64,000 nt of DNA. It comes from Candidatus Marinacidobacterales bacterium. Lineage in GTDB: Bacteria; Acidobacteriota; Vicinamibacteria; Marinacidobacterales; SMYC01. The stretch lies in NCBI GenBank assembly GCA_965237955.1, contig OZ250169.1, positions 5,856,001 to 5,920,000 on the forward strand, given 5' to 3'. The notes below the pieces were generated by a model that had not been told where the DNA came from, did no database searches, and worked only from the letters and a program-made list of their open reading frames with translations. This document shows, piece after piece, positions 40,468 to 51,498 of this stretch. Within the stretch, counting starts at the first letter, position 1; each line of letters starts with the position of its first letter. A program made the position numbers and the translations under genes.

Positions 40468-42263
40468 TCAACGTCGTCGAAACGCGTGGAGTCGTGGCCC
40501 GATTTTCGATCCGAGCTCTTCGATCGAGTAACGCATGGGTCGCCGCCAGTTGGGGCGCTCGTCCGTGGTTCCGGGGACGTTGACGGGCTCGGGCTCGAGC
40601 CAGAGATCTTCGACCGCGACACTGACGAGATCGGCGGAGCTCTTCATGAGCCGAGAGAGGGATTTGTCGAGCGCCTCTAGCGCTTGTTCGTCTCCGTCGC
40701 TGAATGCGGCAAACGTGGGCGTGTCGTGGGTGTTCAAGCTTGCGACCGAGTCCGGGGAAATGGGAGCGTTCGGTGTGAGCTGCAGGACGTGGAGCCCGCG
40801 TAGACCGTGCCGCACCATCTTTTCGTTGACGATGTCGGGCACGATTCCCAGGTTTTCACCCACGAGCTCGCACCGAGCGCGGTGGGACTCGATGCTAGCG
40901 ATCGCATAGAGCTCATCGGCGGGGTAGTGAACATAGACGCCGTCGGCAACTTCGGCGCCGTTCGGGATCCAGAACTGCCGATGGAGTCCCATGACGTGAT
41001 CGATGCGTAGCGTGCCGGCGTGCCGCATCGCGTGACGGAACGCGAGCCGCAAGTAACGGTGTCCCTGTTGTCGACTCTTGTGCGGGAGCACGGGCGGGGA
41101 GCTCCAATTTTGTCCTCCTGGAAACGCGGCATCGGGCGGGGCTCCGACGGTAACGTCGGCGGCGAAAAGCGTCTGCTCACGCCAGGTGTCGTAACCGTGG
41201 CGATGCACGCCGAGAGGGAGGTCGAGGTGGAGGTCGATCCCTCGATTGGAGAGAGCTGCGATCTGCTCCTCGGCGATCAGCTGGTTGTAAAGATGATAGA
41301 GCACTTCATCCGCGTCGACGTCTTTCTCTTCGAGGAGACCGCTTCGGTGGGGCTCGGGCCACCGGTTCCAGGGCGCGCCGTTCAGGGTCGTCGCGGCCCG
41401 AAAGCGTGCGTAGTCGAGGACCAAGGGAAAGCGTCGTTGAAACGCTTCGAGCGCGTCAGTATTTCTCTCCATCCGCACGAGCGCTCGGCGATGAGACGCA
41501 TCGAGTGCATGGTAGTCGAGCGGCGTCCTCGGTGGAGACTTAGCGGACTTCCCGGTATCTATGAAAAGCTCGTTCCAGAAGAGTCGGCTCGCCGGCGAGT
41601 ACGGGCTCGGCTCGTTCGGAAACGCTGCTAGAAACGGGAGAGTGGATACGAACCCCCCGCCGTGATCTCGCGTCAAACGCATCAGCTTGTCGAGGTCGGA
41701 GAAGTTTCCTATCCCATCCGAGTCGCGGGAGTGTAAGGCGTAGATAGGAGCGAGCCCCACCGTTTTGCCGCGCTCAGGTCTCGAAAGGATCGCGTTGGTG
41801 CCCGTAGGATCAACGCTTCGTAGTTCGCGCCACCGACCGACACGGACAAGCGGTGATATCCATGGGGGAGAGACGGAAGTGGCCGCCGGGTGGTGATGAA
41901 CTTCTCGCCTTCGACTTCCCGAGCTCGAAGCACCGTTCGTGCGCTCGGCGACCAGTCGCGCACGTCGCCGTTTTCGAGATGAAGCGTCGCCTCGAGACTG
42001 CGCGAGCCGAGCTCCGCTGGAAGCGTCATTTGGACGCCGTCGACCCCGTCGTCCCAAAGTGCTATGACCGGAGGGAGAACGCTTCGGGTGAGTGCGAGCC
42101 GGCGGGCCCGCAACGCATCGCCCGCATCACCGATGCGCTCTAGCGGCGCGCCCAGCGATCGAAGCACCGCGAGGATGCTGTTCGGGTTGCATTCGATACG
42201 CTTTTGGTCGACGTCGATGTAGCTGGTTTGAACGCCGTAGCTAGCCGCGAGTTTTCGAAGCAT
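40468..42263 (-). pseudogene. malQ: 4-alpha-glucanotransferase, frameshifted near 41760
   Basis: GIGNFSDL, SPYSPASRL, DLPLGV, GAPPD..GQNW, LRIDHVMGL, GENLG, THDTPT, NVPGT..NWR; the N-terminus is in a different frame. Confidence 0.82.
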
Positions 42264-42548
42264 CGGTTGGTTCCAAATCTGGCAGGCGCATCGAAAGTCG
42301 GTCGCCGAGGAGCTCATAGAGACGCGTGTGGGTGCCCTCTCGAAAGAGGTAGGCGTCTTGCTCTCCGAAGACGGCCTTCGCCATGCCCGAATGCTAGGCG
42401 AAGAACACGAGGTCGAGAAACGGCAAATTTGGCGTCATGGTCATCCGCAGGGCGAAGTCTTATCACACGCTCTCGCTGCTGGCGAGTTGACAGCGAACGC
42501 GCGGAGAGGGAGACTCAATGTTTACAGCGTTTTTGGAGGTATGTCTAG

Positions 42549-43316
42549 GTGAAGCGCGCGGAACGACATCATTTGAAGCAGGACGAGTTCGTCCACTGGC
42601 TGGACAAAGCGATGGCATGGGGTATGGACAACCAGCGGAACATCGTCAATGCCACTCTGGTGGTTATCGGTGCCGGACTCCTGTTGGGCGGGCTCTACAT
42701 CTATCGATCGCGCCAAGCGGCCACGGCGGACGCGCTTTTGACAGCGGCGCTCAAGCAGTACCACGGGGTCGTGGTCTCTGGGACCGGCGCGGCGCCAGGC
42801 AATGACGTCCCCACGTTCGAAAGCGCTGACGAGAGGTACCGAACGTCGCTCGCGGCGTTCGAGGCCGTGGCCGACGGGTACACCGCCTATGGCGCCGGCC
42901 GCCACGCGCGCTACTACGTCGGTCTCTGTCACACCGGCCTGTCCGAGCTCGACGCGGCGGAAGAGTCGCTCGAAGCGGTCCGTAGCGGCAACCGCGATCT
43001 CTTGTACTATCTCGCGACGCGCGCGCTCGCAGCGGTGAAACTCGAGCGAGGCGATCCCGCCGGCGCGGCGGAGCTCTACCGCACGCTCGTCGAAGATGCC
43101 GACCGACGCGGCCGCGGCAAGACGCCCCTTCCCAAGGATTATCTTTTGTTCGAGCTTGCCAAGACCGAGGAACGCGCGGGAAACTTGGAACAGGCGCAGC
43201 AGTACTACGAGCGCATGCTCGCGGAGCATCCCGCCTCTCAGCTCCGTGGCGACGCGATGACGCGAAGCGAGACCCTCGCACTCGCGGCAGAAGGCGACAC
43301 CAATACCAGTGATTGA
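42549..43316 (+). CDS. Membrane-anchored TPR protein (YfgM-like)
   Basis: MKRAERHHLKQDEF, one TM segment, TPR repeats. Confidence 0.7.
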   Translation: MKRAERHHLKQDEFVHWLDKAMAWGMDNQRNIVNATLVVIGAGLLLGGLYIYRSRQAATADALLTAALKQYHGVVVSGTGAAPGNDVPTFESADERYRTSLAAFEAVADGYTAYGAGRHARYYVGLCHTGLSELDAAEESLEAVRSGNRDLLYYLATRALAAVKLERGDPAGAAELYRTLVEDADRRGRGKTPLPKDYLLFELAKTEERAGNLEQAQQYYERMLAEHPASQLRGDAMTRSETLALAAEGDTNTSD

Positions 43317-45159
43317 GACCGACCCCCCGGAGAATCCGGGCGAGTACCGCGAGGCATCCTCAACGGTTGGCTCACCGGTTGGTCCACCGGCTAGTCCACC
43401 GCCACCGCCCGTTCGGAGGTCGAGCTGGGGCTTGTGGCTCTTCATCTTCGCTCTCGGACTCGTCGTTTTGTTCACGTCCATGTTTTTCGCGGTCTTCCGT
43501 GGAATGCGGACCACCGTACCTGCTGTCGGCCGAGGCTCGGCGATCACCATCGACCTCGCGCGCCGGTATGCCGAAGATCCACTCTACGCGAGAGGGCCGT
43601 TCGTCGAGACCAAGGACGTCACCTTCCGCGATCTGCTCTACGGCATCCGAGCGGCGAAAGACGATGCCCGTATCGACCATCTGTTCTTGCACGTGCGGGG
43701 CACGACCTTGGGCTGGGCCAATACGTTCGAGCTCCGCTCCAAGTTGGTGGACTTCAAGTCCAACGGGAAGCCGGTCATCGCGTTCATCGAGTACGCCGGC
43801 AACCGGGACTATGTGCTCGCATCGGCTGCTGATGAGGTCTACTTGCACCCGCGGAGCGCCATCGACCTTCGTGGGGTTCGCGCGGAGCTCCTGTTCATGA
43901 AGTCAACGCTCGAAAAGTTAGGCGTCGAAGCCGAGTTCGAGCGCTTTGGTGCCTACAAAGGGGCGCCTGAAATGTTCTTGCGCGAGAACATGAGCGATGA
44001 GGCCCGTGAAGCGATCACCGCCGTCGTCGACACAATCCACGGCGCGTTGGTAGACGCGGTGGCCGAGGGGCGCGATCTGCCGAGAGACGATGTGGAGGCG
44101 TTGGTCGCGCAGGGTCCGTTCACCGCTGAGCAAGCGAAGACGTTTGGCCTCGTCGATGACCTGAAATATATCGACGAGGTACGGCAAGGGATGTCTTCCG
44201 ACGGCGACGACGAGCCGAGCTTCATCGCGGTTGCCAACTATCGACAGGCGATCGGAACCGCATCCGGGTTCACGACGAAGGGGCGCATTGCGCTCGTTTA
44301 CGGCGTCGGTGCCATCGTCGGTGGCGGCAGCAGCGAAGACGCGGTATTCGGACGGGTGATGGGCTCCGACACGATTGCCAAAGCGTTCAAGACCGTGCGC
44401 GAAGACGACTCCATCGATGCCGTCGTGTTTCGCATCGACAGCCCGGGGGGGAGCGATGTGGCGTCCGACGTGATTTGGCGCGAGGCGAAGCTCACCGGTG
44501 AAGAAAAACCCGTGATCGTCTCGATGGCGAACGTGGCGGCCTCGGGTGGGTATTGGATCGCAATGGCGTCGGACACCATCGTCGCCGAGCCGACGACGCT
44601 CACTGGCTCGATTGGCATCTACGGCGGCAAGTTCAACATGTCGGGCTTGTACGAGAAGCTCGGATTCAGTCGAGACGGTGTTTCCAGCGCTCCGAACGCG
44701 GACTTTTTCAGCGACAACCGCAGCTTTACCGACGAAGAGCGCGCCCGCTTCCGGCACATGCTCGAATCCGGGTATCAGGCGTTTCTCGAACGCGTTGCTG
44801 AAGCGCGCGGGATGACGACGGAGCAAGTGCACGCGGTTGCCCAGGGTCGTGTGTGGTCGGGACAGATGGCGCTCGAGCACGGACTCGTCGACGAGCTCGG
44901 GGGCTTGGAACGAGCTATTGCCCTCGCGAAGGAAAAGGCCGGCTTCGAAGCTTCGGATCGCTTCGAGCTCGTTGTCTACCCCGAAAAGAAGAGTATCTTC
45001 GAAGCGTTGTTCACGAGTCTGATGCAGAGCCGCTCGTCTGTGAGCCTACCGTTGGAGACGCTACGACCGAGGGAGCTTCTCGAACGCTCGCCACTACTGG
45101 AAAGCCTGATGCGCGGGGAAACGCACGCGCTCATGCCGTTCCAGATCGAGTTGCGCTAG
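43309..45159 (+). CDS. sppA: Signal peptide peptidase SppA (67K type)
   Basis: RIDSPGG, AASGGYWIA, TGSIG, GRVWSG. Confidence 0.92.
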   Translation: MIETDPPENPGEYREASSTVGSPVGPPASPPPPPVRRSSWGLWLFIFALGLVVLFTSMFFAVFRGMRTTVPAVGRGSAITIDLARRYAEDPLYARGPFVETKDVTFRDLLYGIRAAKDDARIDHLFLHVRGTTLGWANTFELRSKLVDFKSNGKPVIAFIEYAGNRDYVLASAADEVYLHPRSAIDLRGVRAELLFMKSTLEKLGVEAEFERFGAYKGAPEMFLRENMSDEAREAITAVVDTIHGALVDAVAEGRDLPRDDVEALVAQGPFTAEQAKTFGLVDDLKYIDEVRQGMSSDGDDEPSFIAVANYRQAIGTASGFTTKGRIALVYGVGAIVGGGSSEDAVFGRVMGSDTIAKAFKTVREDDSIDAVVFRIDSPGGSDVASDVIWREAKLTGEEKPVIVSMANVAASGGYWIAMASDTIVAEPTTLTGSIGIYGGKFNMSGLYEKLGFSRDGVSSAPNADFFSDNRSFTDEERARFRHMLESGYQAFLERVAEARGMTTEQVHAVAQGRVWSGQMALEHGLVDELGGLERAIALAKEKAGFEASDRFELVVYPEKKSIFEALFTSLMQSRSSVSLPLETLRPRELLERSPLLESLMRGETHALMPFQIELR

Positions 45160-45170
45160 CACTAAAACGA

Positions 45171-45259
45171 AACGCAAAGGCGCCAAGACGCGAAGGCGCA
45201 AAGCACTGAACTCCACTCCTTTTTCCTTTGCGTCTCTGCGCCTCGGCGCCTTTGCGTTC
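45171..45259. repeat. REP-like inverted array of 8-mer (GCGCAAAG-like) repeats between convergent genes
   Basis: aacgcaaaggcgccaagacgcgaaggcgcaaag ... ctttgcgtctctgcgcctcggcgcctttgcgtt. Confidence 0.7.
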
Positions 45260-45271
45260 TTCCGCGTTGTT

Positions 45272-47944
45272 CTAGTCGCTCGAGTCGAGGCGTTTGCGGA
45301 GGTCGGTGAGGAGCTGCAGCGCCTCGATCGGTGTCATCGTGTCCGGGTCGAGCCGCCGGATCTCGGAGACGATGCGTTCTTCCGCGTCGGCGAAAAGAGA
45401 CATCTGCCGGGCGCCGGCCGCAGGAGAGCTGTCCCTGGTGACACGGGGCCGTCCTTCGAGATCGAACTCGGTCTTCTCGAGATTGACGAGAATCTCGCGC
45501 GCGCGGCGGATGAGAGATGGGGGAAGTCCGGCGAGGCGCGCGACCTGAATCCCGTAGCTTCGATCGGAGCCGCCTTCGAGCACTTTCCGTAAGAAGACGA
45601 TGTCGTCCTGCCATTCGCGCGCGGACACGTGGCAGTTCACGACGCCGGCAAGCTCGCCCGCGAGGTCGGTAAGCTCATGGTAGTGGGTCGCGAAGATCGT
45701 TTTGGACTGCAGCCGCTTCTCGGTGGCGATGTACTCGGCGACCGACCACGCCAGCGAGAGCCCGTCATAGGTTGCGGTGCCTCTTCCAATTTCGTCGAGC
45801 AGGATGAGGCTTCTCCGGGTCGCGTGGTGGAGGATATGCGCGGTCTCCTGCATCTCCACCATGAAGGTGGAACGGCCGCGAAAGAGATTGTCGGAAGCGC
45901 CGACGCGCGTGAAGATACGGTCGACGATCGGGACTTTCGCCTCGGCTGCAGGCACGAACGAGCCCATGTGGGCGAGAAGCACGATGAGCGCGGTCTGACG
46001 CAAATACGTCGATTTTCCGCCCATGTTGGGCCCGGTGAGGATGACGAGGTGGCGTTCGTCGTCGAGGACGAGATCGTTCGGCACGAACGGCTCTTGGCTC
46101 GTCGCTTCGACCACGGGGTGCCGGGCGTCTTTGACTTCGAGCTCGAACCCATCGTGGAGACGCGGTTTGGTGAAGTTGGCGGCGGTGGCGACGTCGGCGA
46201 GGCTCGCGAGCACGTCGAGGGTCGCGACGGCTCGGGCGGTCGACCGGATGCGGGCGGCGTGTCGTTTCACGCGCTCGTTCAACGCGTCGAAGATCTCCCG
46301 CTCGAGCACTTGAATACGCTCTTCCGCGCCCAAGATCTTTTCTTCGTACTCCTTCAGCTCGGGGGTGATGAATCGTTCCGCGCCGACGAGTGTTTGTTTA
46401 CGGATGTAATCGTCGGGGACGGCGTCGAGCTTCGACTTGGTGACTTCGAGGTAGTAGCCGAAGACTTTGTTGAACCGAATCTTCAGGGAGCTGATGCCGG
46501 TACGGTCGCGCTCACGTTTTTCGATCTCGGCGATCGTGCCCTTGCCCTCGGATCGCAGCCGGCGGAGCTCATCGAGCTCGTCGGAGACCTTCTCCCGGAT
46601 CGCGCCCCCGTCCTTGAGCGCGGCCGGCGGCTCTGCGACCAGGGTCTTCTCGATGTCGTCGCGAGCGTCCCCGACAGGATCGAGCGCCTCGTCGAGCTCG
46701 CCGAGGATGGACGCGTTCGCGTTCGAAGTGAGCACCCGTAGCGCGGGAATTTTCGTGAGTGATGCAGCCAGCCCGGTAAACTCTCGCGGGCCGGCGGATC
46801 CGAGGGTGATGCGCGACAAAAGGCGCTCGAGGTCGAGCACGTCTTTCAGGATCTCGCGCATCTTGGCGCGCGCGATGATGTCGAACGCGAGCTCTTCCAC
46901 GCCGTCTAGCCGCTTGCCAATCGCATGGACGTCGACGAGCGGACGGAGGATCCAGCTCCTCAATGCCCGTGCCCCCATGGAGGTCGTCGTCCGGTCGAGA
47001 ACTTCGATGAGGCTTCCTTGCCGTCCGCCTTCGGCCAGCGAGCGCGTCAGCTCCAGATTTCTCTGGGTGACCGGATCGAGGATCAGATAGTCGGCTTCTT
47101 CGAGGCAGCGGATGCTCGAGATGTGGACGAGCTCTCCTCGCTGTGTTTCTTCGAGGTATTGGAGTGCCGCACCCGCCGCGCCTATTGCGAGAGGTTTGTC
47201 CTCGAGTCCGTAGCCTTCGAGCGAGAGCGTGCCGAACTGCCGCAGGAGGAGACTTCGCGAAGCTTCGTGCTCGAAACGCCAAGGGTCGCGCTCGGTCGTG
47301 ACCGGCAAATCGCCTTCGGGTCCGAGCCCTTCGAAGATGTCGTCTGGTAGTGCCGTGCCATCGGGATGCAAGACCTCGCGCGGCCGGTACGTCGAGAGCG
47401 TCTCGGAAATCTTTTGCCAGCGATCATCGGAGTCGAACTGGAACGCGACTAAATCTCCGGTGGACAAATCGGCGAGTGCGGCCCCGACGGAATCCTTGCC
47501 TGTCGCTATCGCCATGAGATAGCTCGGCTCTTTGGCGTCGAGATAGCCTTGATGGAGGTACGTCGACGGCGTCACTACGCGTACCACTTCACGTTTGACG
47601 ATGCCCTTCGCGTGCTTGGCGTCTTCGACTTGATCGCAGATGGCGACTTTGAAACCGCGGCGGATGAGGCGAGAGACGTAGGTGTCCGCCGCGTGATAGG
47701 GGATGCCGCACATCGGGATCGCCGACCCCGACGAGTCTTTCTGGCGTGAGGTCAGGGTCAGCTCGAGCGCGCGCGCCGCGGTGAGCGCGTCGTCGTAGAA
47801 CATCTCGTAGAAATCACCCATGCGGAAAAACAGAATCGCATCAGAGACTTGCTGCTTGATGTCGTGGTATTGCCGCATCGCGGGCGTGGTTGATTTAGGG
47901 GATTTCGAGGATTTCTCCTGCACGCGGCCCGTCGATGTTGCCAT
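45272..47944 (-). CDS. mutS: DNA mismatch repair protein MutS
   Basis: TPAMRQY, FFRMGDFYEMF, TGPNMGGKST, DEIGRGT, SYGIQVA. Confidence 0.97.
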   Translation of the reverse strand: MATSTGRVQEKSSKSPKSTTPAMRQYHDIKQQVSDAILFFRMGDFYEMFYDDALTAARALELTLTSRQKDSSGSAIPMCGIPYHAADTYVSRLIRRGFKVAICDQVEDAKHAKGIVKREVVRVVTPSTYLHQGYLDAKEPSYLMAIATGKDSVGAALADLSTGDLVAFQFDSDDRWQKISETLSTYRPREVLHPDGTALPDDIFEGLGPEGDLPVTTERDPWRFEHEASRSLLLRQFGTLSLEGYGLEDKPLAIGAAGAALQYLEETQRGELVHISSIRCLEEADYLILDPVTQRNLELTRSLAEGGRQGSLIEVLDRTTTSMGARALRSWILRPLVDVHAIGKRLDGVEELAFDIIARAKMREILKDVLDLERLLSRITLGSAGPREFTGLAASLTKIPALRVLTSNANASILGELDEALDPVGDARDDIEKTLVAEPPAALKDGGAIREKVSDELDELRRLRSEGKGTIAEIEKRERDRTGISSLKIRFNKVFGYYLEVTKSKLDAVPDDYIRKQTLVGAERFITPELKEYEEKILGAEERIQVLEREIFDALNERVKRHAARIRSTARAVATLDVLASLADVATAANFTKPRLHDGFELEVKDARHPVVEATSQEPFVPNDLVLDDERHLVILTGPNMGGKSTYLRQTALIVLLAHMGSFVPAAEAKVPIVDRIFTRVGASDNLFRGRSTFMVEMQETAHILHHATRRSLILLDEIGRGTATYDGLSLAWSVAEYIATEKRLQSKTIFATHYHELTDLAGELAGVVNCHVSAREWQDDIVFLRKVLEGGSDRSYGIQVARLAGLPPSLIRRAREILVNLEKTEFDLEGRPRVTRDSSPAAGARQMSLFADAEERIVSEIRRLDPDTMTPIEALQLLTDLRKRLDSSD

Positions 47945-47998
47945 GGTCGCGCGCATTGTACCGCGGGCCGTGATCGGAGGTAAGATCGCGCATCATCG

Positions 47999-48724
47999 AT
48001 GCTTGTTCTCGCCGTGGATACGACCACGACCACGACCGCGACCGGTGCCCATGGAAGCTTGGCCCTTTTGGACGACCAAACGCTTCGTGGAGTCATGGCC
48101 TTTCGCACCGCTCAACCGCGACACGCGGAGACTCTCTTGCCTTCAGTGGACTACTTGCTCGCTCAGGTCGAAGCAAAGCTCGACGACGTGCAGGGCTTCG
48201 CGGTCGCGGTGGGCCCCGGCTCGTTCACTGGGCTCCGCATCGGTATCGCCGCAGTGGAAGGCCTCGCGTACACGCTCGAGCGGCCGGCGGTCGGGGTGTC
48301 GACGCTCGATGCGACCGCCTTTCGCTATCGTCACCGTCGCGGCCTGCTCGTTGCGCTCATCGAGGCGTACCGTGGGGAAGTGTACGGTGCGTCCTATCGA
48401 TCCGACGGCGAATCGATCGAGCCCGCGAGTGAGCCAACGTGCATGCCTCCGAAAGATTTCCTCGACTCGCTCGTGGAGCCTCCCGAGCTCGTCGCCGGGA
48501 GCGCGACCGTCAGGTACCGCGACGTCCTGGATGCCCACCTTCCCGAGAGCGTGACCCTTGCGGAGCCGTCGTTGTTCATCGCCGAGGAAGTCGCGCGCCT
48601 CGGTGCGTGCAAGCTCGAAGCCGGGGAGCGTGCGCCGCTCGGAGGACTCGACGCTCTCTATATTCGCCCGTCCGAAACCGGGCGCAACCGTGCTAAGAAG
48701 CCTAATAAGGAAGCCGGGGAGTGA
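47999..48724 (+). CDS. tsaB: t6A biosynthesis protein TsaB
   Basis: LAVDT, GPGSFTGLRIG. Confidence 0.92.
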   Translation: MLVLAVDTTTTTTATGAHGSLALLDDQTLRGVMAFRTAQPRHAETLLPSVDYLLAQVEAKLDDVQGFAVAVGPGSFTGLRIGIAAVEGLAYTLERPAVGVSTLDATAFRYRHRRGLLVALIEAYRGEVYGASYRSDGESIEPASEPTCMPPKDFLDSLVEPPELVAGSATVRYRDVLDAHLPESVTLAEPSLFIAEEVARLGACKLEAGERAPLGGLDALYIRPSETGRNRAKKPNKEAGE

Positions 48725-49197
48725 GCACCATCGACCTGCTCACGCGCTACGCTTTGTGGCGCATGGAAGAAGCTCACCTCGATGAGGTTCTGGCGATCGA
48801 GCGCATGAGCTACACCAACCCTTGGGTCATGGACGCGTTTCGGCACGAGGTCGATCAAAACGCGTTCTCTCGCCCGCGCGTCGCGGTGACGGTAGAAGAA
48901 CCACACGCGGTCGTCGGGTATTGCGTCTCCTGGCTCGTCTTCGAGCAGGTGCACATTCAAAACGTGGCGGTCCACCAGCGGCACCGACGCTTCGGCCTTG
49001 CGCGACACTTGCTCGGGTGCGCATTTGAGGATGGTCTGGATGCCGGCGCCCGCTCTGCACAACTCGAGGTGCGCGCGAGCAACGCGATGGCATTGAAGCT
49101 CTACGCATCCCTAGGCTTCCGCGTCGCCGGCGAGCGGAAGAGCTACTACTCCCGCCCCCGAGAGGACGCAGTGCTTCTGCATAAAGAGCTGGATTAG
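48721..49197 (+). CDS. rimI: Ribosomal protein S18 acetyltransferase
   Basis: LEVRASN, YYSRPREDA; follows tsaB. Confidence 0.88.
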   Translation: MSTIDLLTRYALWRMEEAHLDEVLAIERMSYTNPWVMDAFRHEVDQNAFSRPRVAVTVEEPHAVVGYCVSWLVFEQVHIQNVAVHQRHRRFGLARHLLGCAFEDGLDAGARSAQLEVRASNAMALKLYASLGFRVAGERKSYYSRPREDAVLLHKELD

Positions 49198-49312
49198 ATG
49201 TCGGCATTCAGCATCCAGCGTCCAGCATCCGGAAGCGTTGAGCTCGGGGCGGTGCCGTGGCGCTTGGTCCTTGTTTCGTTTCTTGGGGCGAATGGGAACT
49301 GAAGAGACCTCG

Positions 49313-51160
49313 ATGACGTTGCGACGCGGGTTTTTGTTGCTTTGCGGTGGGCTTGTCGTGGTTGGTGTTCTTCGGCCGGCTCTCCCGGAACCTGTTCGGG
49401 TTCATTGGACGGCGCTGGTCACGGCATTCGCCGTGGGGGCGGCGCTCGTTCAGCTCTTGCGCGCGCGAGGCCGCCGCGACTACCAGGGCTATCTGGTTGC
49501 GCTCCTGCCGCTCGTGCTCGCTGCGCTCTACCTTCAGCCGCAACGAGTCGCGAGCGACGGCATCTTCTACTACGCACCGCTGCACTCGGTCATCGTCGAC
49601 GGTGACCTGGACTTCGAGAACGAGTACCGTGTCCTCGGCGCGCGTCCGGGCTACTTCCAACGCACCGAGACCGGCCGGCTGCCGAACAACTACAGCATCG
49701 GCCCGGCACTTCTCTGGACCCCGTTTTTTCTCGTCGCTCATATCCTCGGTCATTTGGGACTCTATCGACCAACGGGGTTCGGTTATCCCTACTTCACCGC
49801 GGTGGCAACGGGAACGGTGCTCGTCGGGTTCTTGGGTGTCGTTTGGATGTTTCGTTTCGTGCGTGCGTACTTCCGGCCGTCGACCGCGTTCGTTGCCGCA
49901 CTCTTGGTTTGGCTCGCGAGCTTTCATGTCTGGTACATGGTGTTCGAGCCGTCGATGTCACACGCGATGGCGATGGCGAGCGTGGCCGCGTTTCTCCTGG
50001 TGACGCACGAAGGCACGCGTGGGGCGAAAGCATTCGCACTCATGGGAGCGCTCGGTGGTGTCGTCGCGCTGATTCGCTGGCAAAACGTGCTGTTCCTTCC
50101 GACCGCTCTCGCCGTCAGTTGGGCGCGCCACGACCGCCCGAAAACGCTCGAGCTCGCGTCGGGTGCCGTGGCGTTCGTCGTCGTGTTCTCACCGCAGCTC
50201 CTCTACTGGAACGCGCTCTACGGAAGCCCCGTGCTCGTGCCGCAAGGTGGAGGCTACGTCGACTGGTCACAGCCGGAGCTCGAAGCCGTCCTGTTCTCGT
50301 CACGCCATGGCCTCTTGTCGTGGGCGCCCTTTTTGTGGCTCGGTATCGCCGGCTTCCCCGGATTCGTCCGCCGCGCCCCGGCTCTGGGTGGTTCGCTTTT
50401 GCTCGCGACCCTCGCTGCCTGGTACGTCAACGCTTCGGTGTTCGACTGGTGGGCGGGCGCTTCGTTCGGCTCGCGTCGATTCGACGCGGCGTTGCCGGCG
50501 TTCGCGCTCGGCGTCGCCGTCTCGCTGGATTGGATCGTTTCCCGCGTCCGCCGCCGACCGCTCGCGACGACGCTCGTTCTTCTGACGCCGTTTCTGCTCT
50601 GGAACGCGATGTTGATGGGCGTTTATTTCCGAGGCGCCGTTCCGCCGGACGGTCCGGCATCGTTCCGGCAGGTGGCGGCGGACGGTATCGAGCTCGTCTA
50701 CTCCCGTACCGGATACCCGCCCTCGTGGCCGGCGGCGTGGCGGCAGGGGCGAGTGTGGTCGGCCTATGACCTTGCTGGCTCGTTGTCGCTGTCCAACAAC
50801 GTGGACATCCGGATGGGGGACACCGACGCGCTCTACCTCGGCCGTGGATGGTCGCTCCCGAACCGCGGTCGCGACAAAACGTCCCGATCGGTTCTGGAAG
50901 GGCAAGCGGAGCTGTTCGTGGCATTGAGCGAGCCGGCCCCGTACACCATCACGCTCGACGGACGTCCCGGCTCACGGGTGGAGCTGGTCTTGAACGGCGC
51001 CTCGCTCGGCGACGCGGAATTGGACCTCGCGGGCCGGTTCGAGGTGTCGGTTCCAGGCGAGCGAATCGTTATGGGCGTCAATAGGTTGATCTTCATAAAG
51101 AAAACACGAGAACGGTTCGTGTTGTCACGCGTGCGCTGGACGCGGCCGGGCGAGGGATAG
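49313..51160 (+). CDS. Multi-pass membrane protein, GT-C glycosyltransferase-like
   Basis: SDGIFYY, DGDLDFENE, many TM segments, WWAGASFGSRRF. Confidence 0.6.
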   Translation: MTLRRGFLLLCGGLVVVGVLRPALPEPVRVHWTALVTAFAVGAALVQLLRARGRRDYQGYLVALLPLVLAALYLQPQRVASDGIFYYAPLHSVIVDGDLDFENEYRVLGARPGYFQRTETGRLPNNYSIGPALLWTPFFLVAHILGHLGLYRPTGFGYPYFTAVATGTVLVGFLGVVWMFRFVRAYFRPSTAFVAALLVWLASFHVWYMVFEPSMSHAMAMASVAAFLLVTHEGTRGAKAFALMGALGGVVALIRWQNVLFLPTALAVSWARHDRPKTLELASGAVAFVVVFSPQLLYWNALYGSPVLVPQGGGYVDWSQPELEAVLFSSRHGLLSWAPFLWLGIAGFPGFVRRAPALGGSLLLATLAAWYVNASVFDWWAGASFGSRRFDAALPAFALGVAVSLDWIVSRVRRRPLATTLVLLTPFLLWNAMLMGVYFRGAVPPDGPASFRQVAADGIELVYSRTGYPPSWPAAWRQGRVWSAYDLAGSLSLSNNVDIRMGDTDALYLGRGWSLPNRGRDKTSRSVLEGQAELFVALSEPAPYTITLDGRPGSRVELVLNGASLGDAELDLAGRFEVSVPGERIVMGVNRLIFIKKTRERFVLSRVRWTRPGEG

Positions 51161-51240
51161 TTCTGTTGCAGCGGTCGCGGGTCTATGATATTTTTGATGA
51201 AGACCTGGTCAGAAAACCCGACTATCAGGAGGGAACCTTG

Positions 51241-51456
51241 ATGGAGAACAGCGTGCTCAATGCCCAGGATCTTCTCATGCGAGAGTGCGAAGAGTTTCAG
51301 CAATTATCTCAACGCCATCGCGAGCTCGATGCACGATTGAGCGCTCTCACGGAGAAGCTGTTCTTGAGCGATGAAGAAAAGATCGAAGAAGTCACCATCA
51401 AGAAAAAGAAACTCGTCATCAAAGACCGGATGGCTTTCATGATTCGAAGCCACTGA
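51241..51456 (+). CDS. DUF465/YdcH-like protein
   Basis: HRELD...KKKKLVIKDRM. Confidence 0.75.
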   Translation: MENSVLNAQDLLMRECEEFQQLSQRHRELDARLSALTEKLFLSDEEKIEEVTIKKKKLVIKDRMAFMIRSH

Positions 51457-51498
51457 GCGTCGAAGTCCCGAACAACCACTGCCGGAGCCATCGAGCCC

